From: Nitrosopumilus sp.
GTDB taxonomy: Archaea > Thermoproteota > Nitrososphaeria > Nitrososphaerales > Nitrosopumilaceae
Direction: 5' to 3'
Assembly: GCA_965214775.1 (NCBI GenBank)
Contig: OZ243974.1
Coordinates: forward strand, 2,144,001-2,208,000
DNA length: 64,000 nucleotides
Position 1 is the first letter of the stretch; the number at the start of each line of letters is the position of its first letter. A program made the position numbers and the translations under genes. Of this stretch, positions 10,668 through 19,960 are shown piece after piece. The notes beneath the pieces were generated by a model, which was given only the letters and a program-made list of their open reading frames with translations, was not told the origin of the DNA and did no database searches.

Positions 10668-12113
10668 TTGAGCAAAGAGGATGTCGGAATCACAGTATCT
10701 AAAAATGATGATTTCAGCGAATGGTACACTCAGGTAGTTCTCAAGGCCAAACTTGCAGATTATGCCCCTGTAAAAGGATTGATTGTTCTAAGGCCAGACG
10801 GGTACTCGATATGGGAGTCACTACAGAGAACACTTGATGCAAAATTTGCCAAAAAAGGAATAAGGAATGGATTCCTGCCGGTACTGATTCCCGAATCGCT
10901 TTTAGGAAAGGAGCAGAAACATTTTGCAGGTTTCAATCCCGAGGTGTTCTGGGTGACGCATTCGGGAACAAACGAGGTTGGAGATAGGCTTGCCTTGCGG
11001 CCAACATCAGAGACACTGGCATATACGTTATACTCCAAGTGGATTCAAAGTTGGAGGGATCTTCCGCTAAAGATCAACTTTTGGAATACGGCACTAAGAG
11101 CGGAGATAAAGGCCACAAAACCGTTTTTGAGAACTTCGGAATTTTTGTGGCAGGAAGGACACACAGTCCACATGACACAAGAAGAAGCCGAAAAAGAGGT
11201 AATGGAAATTTTAGAGATCTACAAAAATACGGTTGAAGAGGAGCTGGCCATTCCGGTCACTACTGGAAAGAAGAGCGAGAAGGAAAAGTTTGTCGGGGCA
11301 GTATACACTACGACCATGGAATCAATCATGCCCGATGGAAAAGCCCTGCAAATGGGAACGTCCCATTTCCTAGGCCAGAACTTTTCAAAACCATTTGCAG
11401 TAAAATTTACAGACAAGGACAATGTGGAACATTTTGCATGGCAGACATCATGGGGGGTTTCATGGAGACTGATTGGCGCCATGATCATGACGCATGGAGA
11501 TGACCAGGGACTGGTTTTGCCGCCCAGAATTGCGCCAATTCAGGTCGTCATCGTTCCAATTTATAGAAATGACAAAGTCAGAGACAAAGTGATTGCAAAA
11601 ATTCAAGAGATTCGGAACAAACTGACACAAATGAGTTTCAGAGTTCATGTCGATGATAGAACCGGCCTATCGCCTGGATACAAATTCAACGACTGGGAAA
11701 TGAAGGGGGTTCCGATAAGAATTGAACTGGGGCCAAAAGATATCGAAAAACAAAGCGTTGTCCTTGCAAAAAGATACAACGGTGAAAAAATCAATTTGGG
11801 ATTTGGCGAGATCGAACAGGTTTCTGAGATTCTAGATCAAATTCAAGGCCAAATGTTGGAAAAGGCAAGGCAAGAATCCCGGAACAATACAAAAGAGATT
11901 TCAGATTATTCGGAATTCAAATCCGGGATTGAGACGGGTGGAGGCTTCTTTAATGCTCCATGGTGCGGAAAATCAGAATGTGAAGAAAAAATCAAAGAAG
12001 AGACAGGGGCCGATATCAGAGTAATCCCGTTTGGAAGCGAAGATTCTGGCAAAAAATGCATGTATTGCCAAGAACAAAGTGTTTATGTTCCAATTTTTGC
12101 AAGGGGATACTAG
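10668..12113 (+). CDS. proS: Proline--tRNA ligase (archaeal/eukaryotic type)
   Basis: FSEWY, LRPTSET, FLRTSEFLWQEGH, QTSWGVS, C-terminal FARGY. Confidence 0.97.
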   Translation: MSKEDVGITVSKNDDFSEWYTQVVLKAKLADYAPVKGLIVLRPDGYSIWESLQRTLDAKFAKKGIRNGFLPVLIPESLLGKEQKHFAGFNPEVFWVTHSGTNEVGDRLALRPTSETLAYTLYSKWIQSWRDLPLKINFWNTALRAEIKATKPFLRTSEFLWQEGHTVHMTQEEAEKEVMEILEIYKNTVEEELAIPVTTGKKSEKEKFVGAVYTTTMESIMPDGKALQMGTSHFLGQNFSKPFAVKFTDKDNVEHFAWQTSWGVSWRLIGAMIMTHGDDQGLVLPPRIAPIQVVIVPIYRNDKVRDKVIAKIQEIRNKLTQMSFRVHVDDRTGLSPGYKFNDWEMKGVPIRIELGPKDIEKQSVVLAKRYNGEKINLGFGEIEQVSEILDQIQGQMLEKARQESRNNTKEISDYSEFKSGIETGGGFFNAPWCGKSECEEKIKEETGADIRVIPFGSEDSGKKCMYCQEQSVYVPIFARGY

Positions 12114-12415
12114 CTGATTTTCAACTGAAATTGAACCCGCTATTTTTTGGGCAGTTTGAACCATTGACACATCAGTAGACAGTTACATACGAAACTAGGA
12201 TTGCACCATACGCCCTACCGTCAGGATCCGGCACGAACTGCTCTGAAAGTCAGACGACGGAATGACTGCAGTCTGCGCAGATTGTACAACTTCAGGTCCT
12301 TTTTATACTGACTAGGGAACTTTTTGCCCGGAACTTTTTGATCCTTCCGCATCTGCTGTGACAGACCCGCTACATCATCATCACACGTCCCTTGTATATG
12401 CAAGACCGGCAGCGC

Positions 12416-12457
12416 GCAGACAACAGATTATTGGCAGACAACAGATTATTGGCAGAC
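12416..12457. repeat. 18-bp tandem repeat (GCAGACAACAGATTATTG x2.3) inside the IS66 end
   Basis: Read directly from the sequence. Confidence 0.8.
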
Positions 12458-12580
12458 GGCACCTGCAGGAAACCAGCATTCTCAGATTTGTCAGGCGTTG
12501 TTGACTGGCAGACTTGCCTGCACAGTCGGATTCTTTGACATGAAGCTACGGGTTACGCCGTCCCGTAGGCGCCAGACGGA

Positions 12581-14203
12581 TCATGTTGTTGTAGGAGCTG
12601 CTGCTGCTGGTACGACGGCCGTCCGGTCCCGGCGTACCGCTCCTCCTTCACTGCCTGCGTCATCATCGACTACAGGCGGCCACGCCGGCGGCGGCCCGGG
12701 ACACTCAAAGACGCTGTATCTTGTACCGTCCGTATTGACAAGCGAGGACAGCAGGCGCGCATTATCATCATCATCTCTTGCTTCTGCAAAGATATCCCAG
12801 ACCGGATTCCGCAGGTATTTCAAGAGTCCGCCGGCAGGATGTATATTCTGCTTGCGGCATGTCATCGAAAATGTCAGCAGCGCAGAAGCCGTCTTTCTTC
12901 CACCGTCAGTTACAATCTTGTGGCGTGCATTGCGTTGTGGTATGATCCCGTCGCGTATGCACCGCTCCGTATCGTTGTTGTGCAGCGGCATTCCCCGATG
13001 CGCCAGACACGTAAACATGTCATGTATGGCGTTTAGCAGGTGTGTACGCACGTGAACGTCCTCATACGGGTTGATTATTTTGTATACTTCCCTGGAAAGC
13101 TCCATGCATGTAAGCGGCGCAAGCGTCTTGATTTTATCTATCTTCCTGTAAAATTCCAGCAGCAAGTCATACCTTTTCTCATTATCGCCTTCGGGCATCT
13201 TTACTGCAAGCTTTTCTGCATATGCCAGAAGGTGCCTCCAGCACCTCTGGATTGTCACAAAGAACAGCTTGTACTGGGCCAGCCCGTCTACGACTATGGG
13301 AGTCTTGGGATCCAGCCATCCAAAGTGCGTGTGCAGTACCTCGGAGGACCGGGAATCTGCAAAGACCACAAAACACGCCCCCTCGCAGTTGAGCACCCAG
13401 ACGTATCCCATGTGTCCGTCGCCGCGCTTAAAGCCGGTCTCGTCCATCTGTATCCACGGCCTGCCCGCAATGAATGACTGTATGCGTTGTATCATGTTTT
13501 GTTGAATCGCCTCTGCCACTGCGTGCCGGGCGGCAGTCACGGTATTTGGGGCCATCTTGAATCCAAACATATACTGAAAGTACTCTGCAATGTCCTCGTC
13601 TGTGTTTCCCTTCTCAAAGAACATCATGATTAGAGAGAGTGAGACGGGCCCAAGTGACGTGCCGCTTAGAAACGGGGTGGCTGCGATATGCACGGTATTG
13701 CACTGTGGACACACCGCGTTTTGGATGATGGCATTGGCAGTGAGCATGCGCATGGAGTCGTCCAGGTCGTTTACAAGCTTGTGGATCGGCTTGAGCATCC
13801 GTAACTGGATGTTGCACTTTGGGCATATTTTGGAGCCAAGATCGTACCTTAATGTCATTGATGGCCGGTTGCCGTGCGATGTACCATGGTGTCCGCACGG
13901 AGGGCCGCGTTTCTTGCCCCGAGCAGCATCGCCGGGACTGCCGCCGGGATCCTCGCCCCTTTTCTCCCTGAACTTTCTTCTGGCATCATTGTATAATGAC
14001 GGCGTGGACGTGGGCATGTTGGGACTCTCATACAGGGCAAGCCTTGCCTGAAGCTCGGAGTTCTCCTTCTTGACATCAGCATTCTCCTTCTTGACAATAG
14101 AGAGTTCTTTTTCCAGCCCGGAGATCTTCTCATCCTGCTCCATGATCATGACAAGTGCCTTTCCAGGATCCGTACAGTGTGCAAGCACGGCTTTGGAGTC
14201 CAT
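12581..14203 (-). CDS. IS66-family transposase
   Basis: N-terminal coiled coil, CxxC zinc ribbons, MDETG, VVDG..Y, QRCWRHL, NNDTERCIR. Confidence 0.92.
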   Translation of the reverse strand: MDSKAVLAHCTDPGKALVMIMEQDEKISGLEKELSIVKKENADVKKENSELQARLALYESPNMPTSTPSLYNDARRKFREKRGEDPGGSPGDAARGKKRGPPCGHHGTSHGNRPSMTLRYDLGSKICPKCNIQLRMLKPIHKLVNDLDDSMRMLTANAIIQNAVCPQCNTVHIAATPFLSGTSLGPVSLSLIMMFFEKGNTDEDIAEYFQYMFGFKMAPNTVTAARHAVAEAIQQNMIQRIQSFIAGRPWIQMDETGFKRGDGHMGYVWVLNCEGACFVVFADSRSSEVLHTHFGWLDPKTPIVVDGLAQYKLFFVTIQRCWRHLLAYAEKLAVKMPEGDNEKRYDLLLEFYRKIDKIKTLAPLTCMELSREVYKIINPYEDVHVRTHLLNAIHDMFTCLAHRGMPLHNNDTERCIRDGIIPQRNARHKIVTDGGRKTASALLTFSMTCRKQNIHPAGGLLKYLRNPVWDIFAEARDDDDNARLLSSLVNTDGTRYSVFECPGPPPAWPPVVDDDAGSEGGAVRRDRTAVVPAAAAPTTT

Positions 14204-14780
14204 ATGTTACATCAGACAGGCAAGATCAAAAAAGATTTCCATCGAAATTCTTTGACCAAGATGCCGATATTATGTCACTCCCGTAAATTCCAAACCTGCA
14301 ATATCTGATCACAAATGTCTGATGTTCAGCCATGTTCGCAGGGGCATCTGATCATAAGATGCTGCCCAAAAATGTTTGACTGTCAGTATAAAAAGGACCT
14401 GAAGTTGTACCGCAGATTTCAGGCTGGCAGATAAGGGGAAATACGGAGCATGAGTGTTTTTAATGAAGGACATCGTTGATGATTGATGGTGCGTGACAAA
14501 GTGGCTGACGGATAAACTACACTGCGTGTCTTGAAGGCGGGCTGTCTGAGAACAATACCCGGGGTTGACGGCATGCGAGAACACTGCAAGTTTGGTCATG
14601 TTTTCAGACGAAAAATTCTGTCACTCTGGATACATCGCGTGTCTACCAAGTGAAAAATGTTGGGTTGAGATTAAAGGCGATGACAAGTGGATTGCATTAA
14701 TTCAGAATTCTAAAAACCATGTTTTTTGAACTGGTAATCCATTAACGTTACATTGTTTTCAGCAGGATGATATTTGAAGT

Positions 14781-14910
14781 GAGGTTGTCGCCTAATTCCA
14801 CTTGTTTGACTCAATCTGTACGTTTTTATGAATTTCCGTCCTTTTGCATACCTGATCCACATTGCGTTTCAGCGGTTTTCGGGAATTCTAGCGAATTAGG
14901 CGACAACCTC
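14781..14910. mobile_element. MITE (family B)
   Basis: Perfect 18-bp TIR GAGGTTGTCGCCTAATTC; diverged inverted copy at 30571-30695. Confidence 0.8.
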
Positions 14911-14915
14911 CCATG

Positions 14916-15040
14916 AGAGATGATCCGAAATTAGAAACCGTACAAATTTTTCAAGTAATTTCACAGATACCTGCGTTTTGAACTGATTTATGCAAATTCG
15001 TCCACAAATAATCAGAGTCTGCTAATTTCGAGTCAACTCT
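14916..15040. mobile_element. MITE (family C), copy 1
   Basis: Imperfect 19-bp TIR AGAGWTGAYYCGAAATTAG; 3-bp TSD ATG. Confidence 0.8.
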
Positions 15041-15153
15041 ATGGGGGAGGTGGAGGCCTCATCAGACAAATACCCACATTTCACATAACTTGGATTGTAG
15101 GCCAGAGATCGAAGGCTTTCACACCAAGACGTCAGACAGGGAGACCCACACCA

Positions 15154-15534
15154 CTACAATCCGCTACCGCGGCCTGACTCCATTGATTCATAGAGGGCAA
15201 TCATCTCGCTCATTTTCTCTTCGGACAGCGCAACTCCGTTGCACAACTCGTACAACATCTCCAAGTTTCGCCTTGACTCCTTCTCCCCGTGCTTCCATGC
15301 AAACATCTCACAGAACAACTCTTCGTCACACATGTCAGCCAAACCCTTGTCGCTGTTCAAAAACACTCCAAGCTTCATTCTACTGCCGGGATCAGACTCG
15401 TGCACGTCAATCACAATTTCATCCTTACCAGACGTCACATTTTTAGCCCCCGTTACAGTCTGATGCATGCGCTTTCCATCACCCATAAAGACATACCGAG
15501 ACAGCCTGTCACCGTACTTGAAGCTTATACTCAA
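15154..15534 (-). CDS. Hypothetical protein (GC-richer, accessory)
   Basis: 126-aa ORF with protein-like composition; no motif recognised. Confidence 0.5.
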   Translation of the reverse strand: MSISFKYGDRLSRYVFMGDGKRMHQTVTGAKNVTSGKDEIVIDVHESDPGSRMKLGVFLNSDKGLADMCDEELFCEMFAWKHGEKESRRNLEMLYELCNGVALSEEKMSEMIALYESMESGRGSGL

Positions 15535-15792
15535 CGTACATGCATGGATTGCGTCTGCTTGTAAACGTTTATCATTCCAAACATTCCTGAAAATTACTCA
15601 CAAAACGCCTCCAAATCAGATACAATTCAGGCCAGGATGCTCAAGACATACATGTCTCCATCTACACCGCCACGGTTAGAACCACATCTGGGAAGACTGG
15701 ACGGGTTCTGTGTAATCTTCGAGACCTGAAATATGGATCTTTTTCAGATTCGATTTTTACGACTAGACTGAATTTTTACTTAGTGAGGCGTT

Positions 15793-16101
15793 CTAGATTA
15801 TGGTTTTCCACTTGTTTGTACCGTCCACGCTTATCAAGGCCGACTCTGCCGGGGTCTGGCCGTGCAGTGCACCGTGTTTTTTCGTGTAATTGTAATAGGC
15901 CTTCATGCCGTCAAGGATTGCAGTGTCGGTCTTCTTGAGGCCCCGGAACACCTTCTCGCGGTCTCTAATCTCACCATTCAGCCTCTCCATCTTGTTGTTA
16001 TTGTCCCGGTCTCTTTTTCCTGTCAGGTGAATGTGTTTTACGTGGTTAGTGTCCTTTCCGAACACCTTCAATGAGGGCTTGGCATAGGCTGACAGGCGCA
16101 A
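15793..16101 (-). pseudogene. C-terminal fragment of an IS6-like/DDE transposase
   Basis: NNKMERLNGEIRDREKVFRGLK..YYNY..H..L.GQTPAE; N-terminus missing. Confidence 0.8.
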
Positions 16102-16169
16102 GAGTTTACCCCTCAGGCGACGCTACTGGCCAAAGTCTTCATGATCACGCCTGTCACGCCGTATCCCTG

Positions 16170-16306
16170 GGAGTTGATTCGAAATTAGCAAACTCTGATT
16201 ATTTGTCAACGAATTTGCGTAGAACGGCTCAAAACACCAACAAAATACAGATTATCTGTGAAATTACTTGAAGAACTCGTACGGTTTCTAATCTCGGATC
16301 ATTTCT
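16170..16306. mobile_element. MITE (family C), copy 2, inverted relative to copy 1
   Basis: Reverse-complement similarity to 14916-15040 along its length; flanks CTG/CAG. Confidence 0.78.
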
Positions 16307-16349
16307 CAGGGCCAAATATAATAATACTGGAAAACACTGCAAGATTGCA

Positions 16350-17660
16350 ATGACAACAAACCCCCAACTAGAAGAGACAAGACCTCTGATAGAACAATTC
16401 AGAGAAACAAGAAAAAGAACACTGGAACTTGTAAAAACATTAGAAACAGACGATTTTGTCGTTCAGACCGCATATTTTACGAGTCCTCCAAAGTGGCACG
16501 TCGGCCATGTAAGCTGGATTTACGAAGTCATCATGAGTAAACTAGATGAAGATTACGAGTTTTATTCAAAAGAGTTTTCTGAATACCTGAATTCATACTA
16601 TCATCAGTTTGGAATGCCGCACGATAAAGGATTACGTGGAGTTGTTTCGAGACCATCAACAGATCAAATCTTTCAATATTTCAACACGGTCAATCAAAGG
16701 GTGGAAAAATTCATCGAGACAAATTACCTGAGCAAGGAGCAACTCAGATTAGTTGTCATGGGACTCCATCACGAATGCCAGCATCAGGAGCTTTTGGCAT
16801 ATGATTTGCAACATCTTCTTGCAGATCAATACAGACCTGTAAAGAAAAACGAGATTCCAAAAAAAGGGGCTGTGGAAAAACAGACAGTCTCAATCAAGGG
16901 GGGGCTATACAACATGGGATACGGCGGAGAAGATTACTGCTATGATGTTGAATTGCCAGAGCACAAGGTGTATCTGAATGATTACAGGATAGACGCATAT
17001 CCGATTACAAACGAACAGTATCTGGAGTTTGTCGAGGCCGGGGGATATGAGACATACAAGTATTGGCTGTCAGACGGATGGGAGAAGGCCAAAGCCAATA
17101 ACTGGAAGGCGCCAATGTATTGGCAGAAGACAGATGACGCATGGCACATTAGGGACTTTTTAGGAACTAGAAAAATCAATCCAAACGAACCGGTGTGCCA
17201 CGTTAGTTTCTATGAGGCAGACGCTTATTGCAAATGGGCAGGCAAAAGACTTCCAACTGAAGCAGAATGGGAAAAAGCCGCCTGCTGGAATGAAGAAAAA
17301 CAAGCCAAAACAACCTTCCCTTGGGGCAATGACAGACCAACGCCGGAAAAATGCAATCTTTTGGAGTCATATCACTGGGGATGTACAGAAATCGGCACAT
17401 ATCCAAACAGCACAAGTCCGTCAGGCTGTCAGCAAATGATAGGCGATGTCTGGGAATGGACATCATCTGAATTCACAGGATATCCCGGATTCAAATCAGG
17501 ATTTGACGAATACAATGACAAGTGGTTTACAAACCAAAAAGTTCTCAGGGGAGGGTCATTTGGAACCCCTCAAATGTCAATCAGGGGAAGCTACAGAAAC
17601 TTCTTCAGATTGGACGAAAGGTGGCTATTCTCAGGATTTAGATGTGCTGAAAGCAACTAA
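16350..17660 (+). CDS. egtB: Ergothioneine biosynthesis sulfoxide synthase (DinB + FGE-sulfatase)
   Basis: SPPKWHVGH, HECQHQELL, RLPTEAEWEKAA, GDVWEWT, FSGFRCA. Confidence 0.9.
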   Translation: MTTNPQLEETRPLIEQFRETRKRTLELVKTLETDDFVVQTAYFTSPPKWHVGHVSWIYEVIMSKLDEDYEFYSKEFSEYLNSYYHQFGMPHDKGLRGVVSRPSTDQIFQYFNTVNQRVEKFIETNYLSKEQLRLVVMGLHHECQHQELLAYDLQHLLADQYRPVKKNEIPKKGAVEKQTVSIKGGLYNMGYGGEDYCYDVELPEHKVYLNDYRIDAYPITNEQYLEFVEAGGYETYKYWLSDGWEKAKANNWKAPMYWQKTDDAWHIRDFLGTRKINPNEPVCHVSFYEADAYCKWAGKRLPTEAEWEKAACWNEEKQAKTTFPWGNDRPTPEKCNLLESYHWGCTEIGTYPNSTSPSGCQQMIGDVWEWTSSEFTGYPGFKSGFDEYNDKWFTNQKVLRGGSFGTPQMSIRGSYRNFFRLDERWLFSGFRCAESN

Positions 17661-18679
17661 TTTTTAGAAACCAAGGTTACCGAAAAATGCTTTTTTTCAT
17701 CCAGCCAAGTGTGTCTTAACTCAAAGCCTACGTCATCTAGCAAGTCATGAATTTGGGACAATCCATACTTGTGAGAATATTCGGTGTGAATCAACTCGCC
17801 CTGCTTTAATTTCAAAACAAGATTGGATTTTGAAATCACAACAGACTGCTCGGCCAACGATCTCAAATACATTTCAATCCTTTGATCATTTTCGTTGTAC
17901 AATGAATGATGGGCAAAGTTATCCAAGTCAAAATCCGCATCAAGCTCGTCATTTATTCTGGATAATACGTTGAGGTTAAACTGTGCAGTGATTCCTTGTG
18001 AGTCATCGTATGCAGATTCCAAAATATGGGAATCTTTGACCAGATCCAAACCGATTAAAAACAAGTCCCCGGATTTCATTGTAGAGTACACTGTTTCTAA
18101 AAACCTGTAGCCGTCAATCGGGGAAAAATTACCAAAACTAGAACCCAGGAAGACAATCAAATTTTTCTTGTCATCATAAGTTTTGAGAAATTCCAACCCG
18201 CCTTCATATGTGTCAATTATGCCCGTAATTGTAAGATTTTTGTAGTCATTTAGCAGCTGCTCTGAACTTTCTGCCAGAATTTCAGATATGTCTATTGGAA
18301 AATACTCGATGTTGCTTCGGAGTTTGGAAAAAACATCAAGCAACAGCCTTGTTTTAACAGCAGAGCCACTGCCCAATTCTACCAAACGATACTCATCCTC
18401 CAAAAATTCAGGCAATTGAGGCTGCAGTTTTCGCAGAATTGATTCTTCTGTTCTGGCAGGATAGTATTCTGGAAGGGAGCAAATTTGCTCAAACAGCTCA
18501 GAGCCCTTCTTGTCATAGAAGAATTTTGGATGGATGAACTTTGAATTGCGACTAAGGCTAGAATATACCTCTTCGGCAAAGGATTTTTCAATTTTAGTTG
18601 CGTGAGGTTTGAAATATTGGAGCCTGCCATCGACTACAAATTTTTTATAGTTTTGATTTTTCTGAACAGAGTCACTCAA
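17657..18679 (-). CDS. egtD: L-histidine N-alpha-methyltransferase
   Basis: PKFFYD.KGSELFEQIC.LPEYY, ELGSG..KT, AYDD..G.TAQFNLN, IHTEYSHKY. Confidence 0.95.
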   Translation of the reverse strand: MSDSVQKNQNYKKFVVDGRLQYFKPHATKIEKSFAEEVYSSLSRNSKFIHPKFFYDKKGSELFEQICSLPEYYPARTEESILRKLQPQLPEFLEDEYRLVELGSGSAVKTRLLLDVFSKLRSNIEYFPIDISEILAESSEQLLNDYKNLTITGIIDTYEGGLEFLKTYDDKKNLIVFLGSSFGNFSPIDGYRFLETVYSTMKSGDLFLIGLDLVKDSHILESAYDDSQGITAQFNLNVLSRINDELDADFDLDNFAHHSLYNENDQRIEMYLRSLAEQSVVISKSNLVLKLKQGELIHTEYSHKYGLSQIHDLLDDVGFELRHTWLDEKKHFSVTLVSKN

Positions 18680-18911
18680 AACATTAGGATCAAATCTGGT
18701 TTACATAAATGCTTTGTCCTGCCCACCCGTATTCAGAAGCAGCCCCGAAAAGCGACTTTGGTCTTAAAACAGCTCAATGCCGGCTGTCTGCTGATACGCA
18801 TGTCGCCGTTTCCACCGCGAGTCGCGCATGCCTGAAAAGACTGACCAGCCAGCCAATCACACGCACCAATGAACCCTTTTCTTGATATAGTTCTTCTTGC
18901 ACAAGTAAGCT

Positions 18912-19880
18912 GTGGATGAGGTTCTAAGGATTGAGCATCTGAAAAAATACTTTGTTAAAAAAGCGATGTTTGGAACAAAATCTACCGTTAAAGCGGCAGA
19001 TGACGTCTCGTTCACGCTAAACAAGGGCGAGATATTCGTTCTTGCAGGCCAATCAGGTTCGGGAAAGTCAACAATTGCAAAACTAGTCCTGAAATCAATT
19101 CCGTCTGATTCGGGAAAAATATTCTTTGAAGGAAAAGAAATCAATGAAAACAAGCAGAATTTGGAGCATATTCGAATGAACTGCCAAATGATTCATCAGG
19201 ATCCGTACGATTCCATCAATCCAAGAATGAGGATTGGGGACATTGTATCTGAGCCATTAGAAATTCACAATGTCGGAGATAAGGAAACAAGAAAGAAAAG
19301 GGTGATCAAAGTCCTGCAAGAAGTAAAACTAGAGCCGGCTGATCAAATCATAAGGAAATACCCACACATGCTGTCTGGCGGACAAAGACAAAGGGTGGTA
19401 CTAGCTAGAGCGCTTGCGTTAAAACCCAAAATAATCCTTGCAGACGAACCAGTATCGATGCTGGATGTCTCCATCAGAGCTGAAATGCTGGAACTGATGC
19501 GTGAATTACAGCAAAAACATGAAATATCATTCATCTACATCACGCATGATCTGGCGACTGCAAGATATTTTGGACAAAGAATTGCAATCCTGTATTTGGG
19601 AAAAATTGTTGAGATGGGGCCAACTGACGATGTGCTGTTGTCCCCAAAACACCCCTATACACAGGCGTTAATTGATGCGATCTCAGAGCCAAGTCCTGAA
19701 AATCTCCGCAAAGAAAAGAAGATTCGGATATTAGATGAGCCCTCGGAGATCAAGGATTTGGCAGGATGCAGATTCAAAGCAAGGTGCCCTTATGCAGTTG
19801 ACAGGTGCAATACGGAACCGGAACTAGAAGAAATTGAAAACGCGCATCATGTTGCATGTTATGTAAAACTAGATTGCTAG
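18912..19880 (+). CDS. Oligopeptide/dipeptide ABC transporter ATPase (OppF-like)
   Basis: GQSGSGKS, LSGGQRQR, ADEP, HPYT, GCRF..RCP. Confidence 0.93.
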   Translation: MDEVLRIEHLKKYFVKKAMFGTKSTVKAADDVSFTLNKGEIFVLAGQSGSGKSTIAKLVLKSIPSDSGKIFFEGKEINENKQNLEHIRMNCQMIHQDPYDSINPRMRIGDIVSEPLEIHNVGDKETRKKRVIKVLQEVKLEPADQIIRKYPHMLSGGQRQRVVLARALALKPKIILADEPVSMLDVSIRAEMLELMRELQQKHEISFIYITHDLATARYFGQRIAILYLGKIVEMGPTDDVLLSPKHPYTQALIDAISEPSPENLRKEKKIRILDEPSEIKDLAGCRFKARCPYAVDRCNTEPELEEIENAHHVACYVKLDC

Positions 19881-19960
19881 ACTTTGTGCGCAATCGGCAC
19901 ATATCAAAAAAAAATCAGGCAATCTTCTGCGTCATTTTTGGCAAATGCACCCAAGGCATA

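Larger units (their letters stand above)
12284..14410 (-). mobile_element. Complete single-ORF IS66-family element (ISBst12-like)
   Basis: Perfect 29-bp TIR GTACAACTTCAGGTCCTTTTTATACTGAC; 8-bp TSD CGCAGATT at 12276-12283 and 14411-14418. Confidence 0.92.

Noticed and set aside
16350-18679. egtB/egtD as a novel pathway
   Set aside because: Well-characterised ergothioneine enzymes
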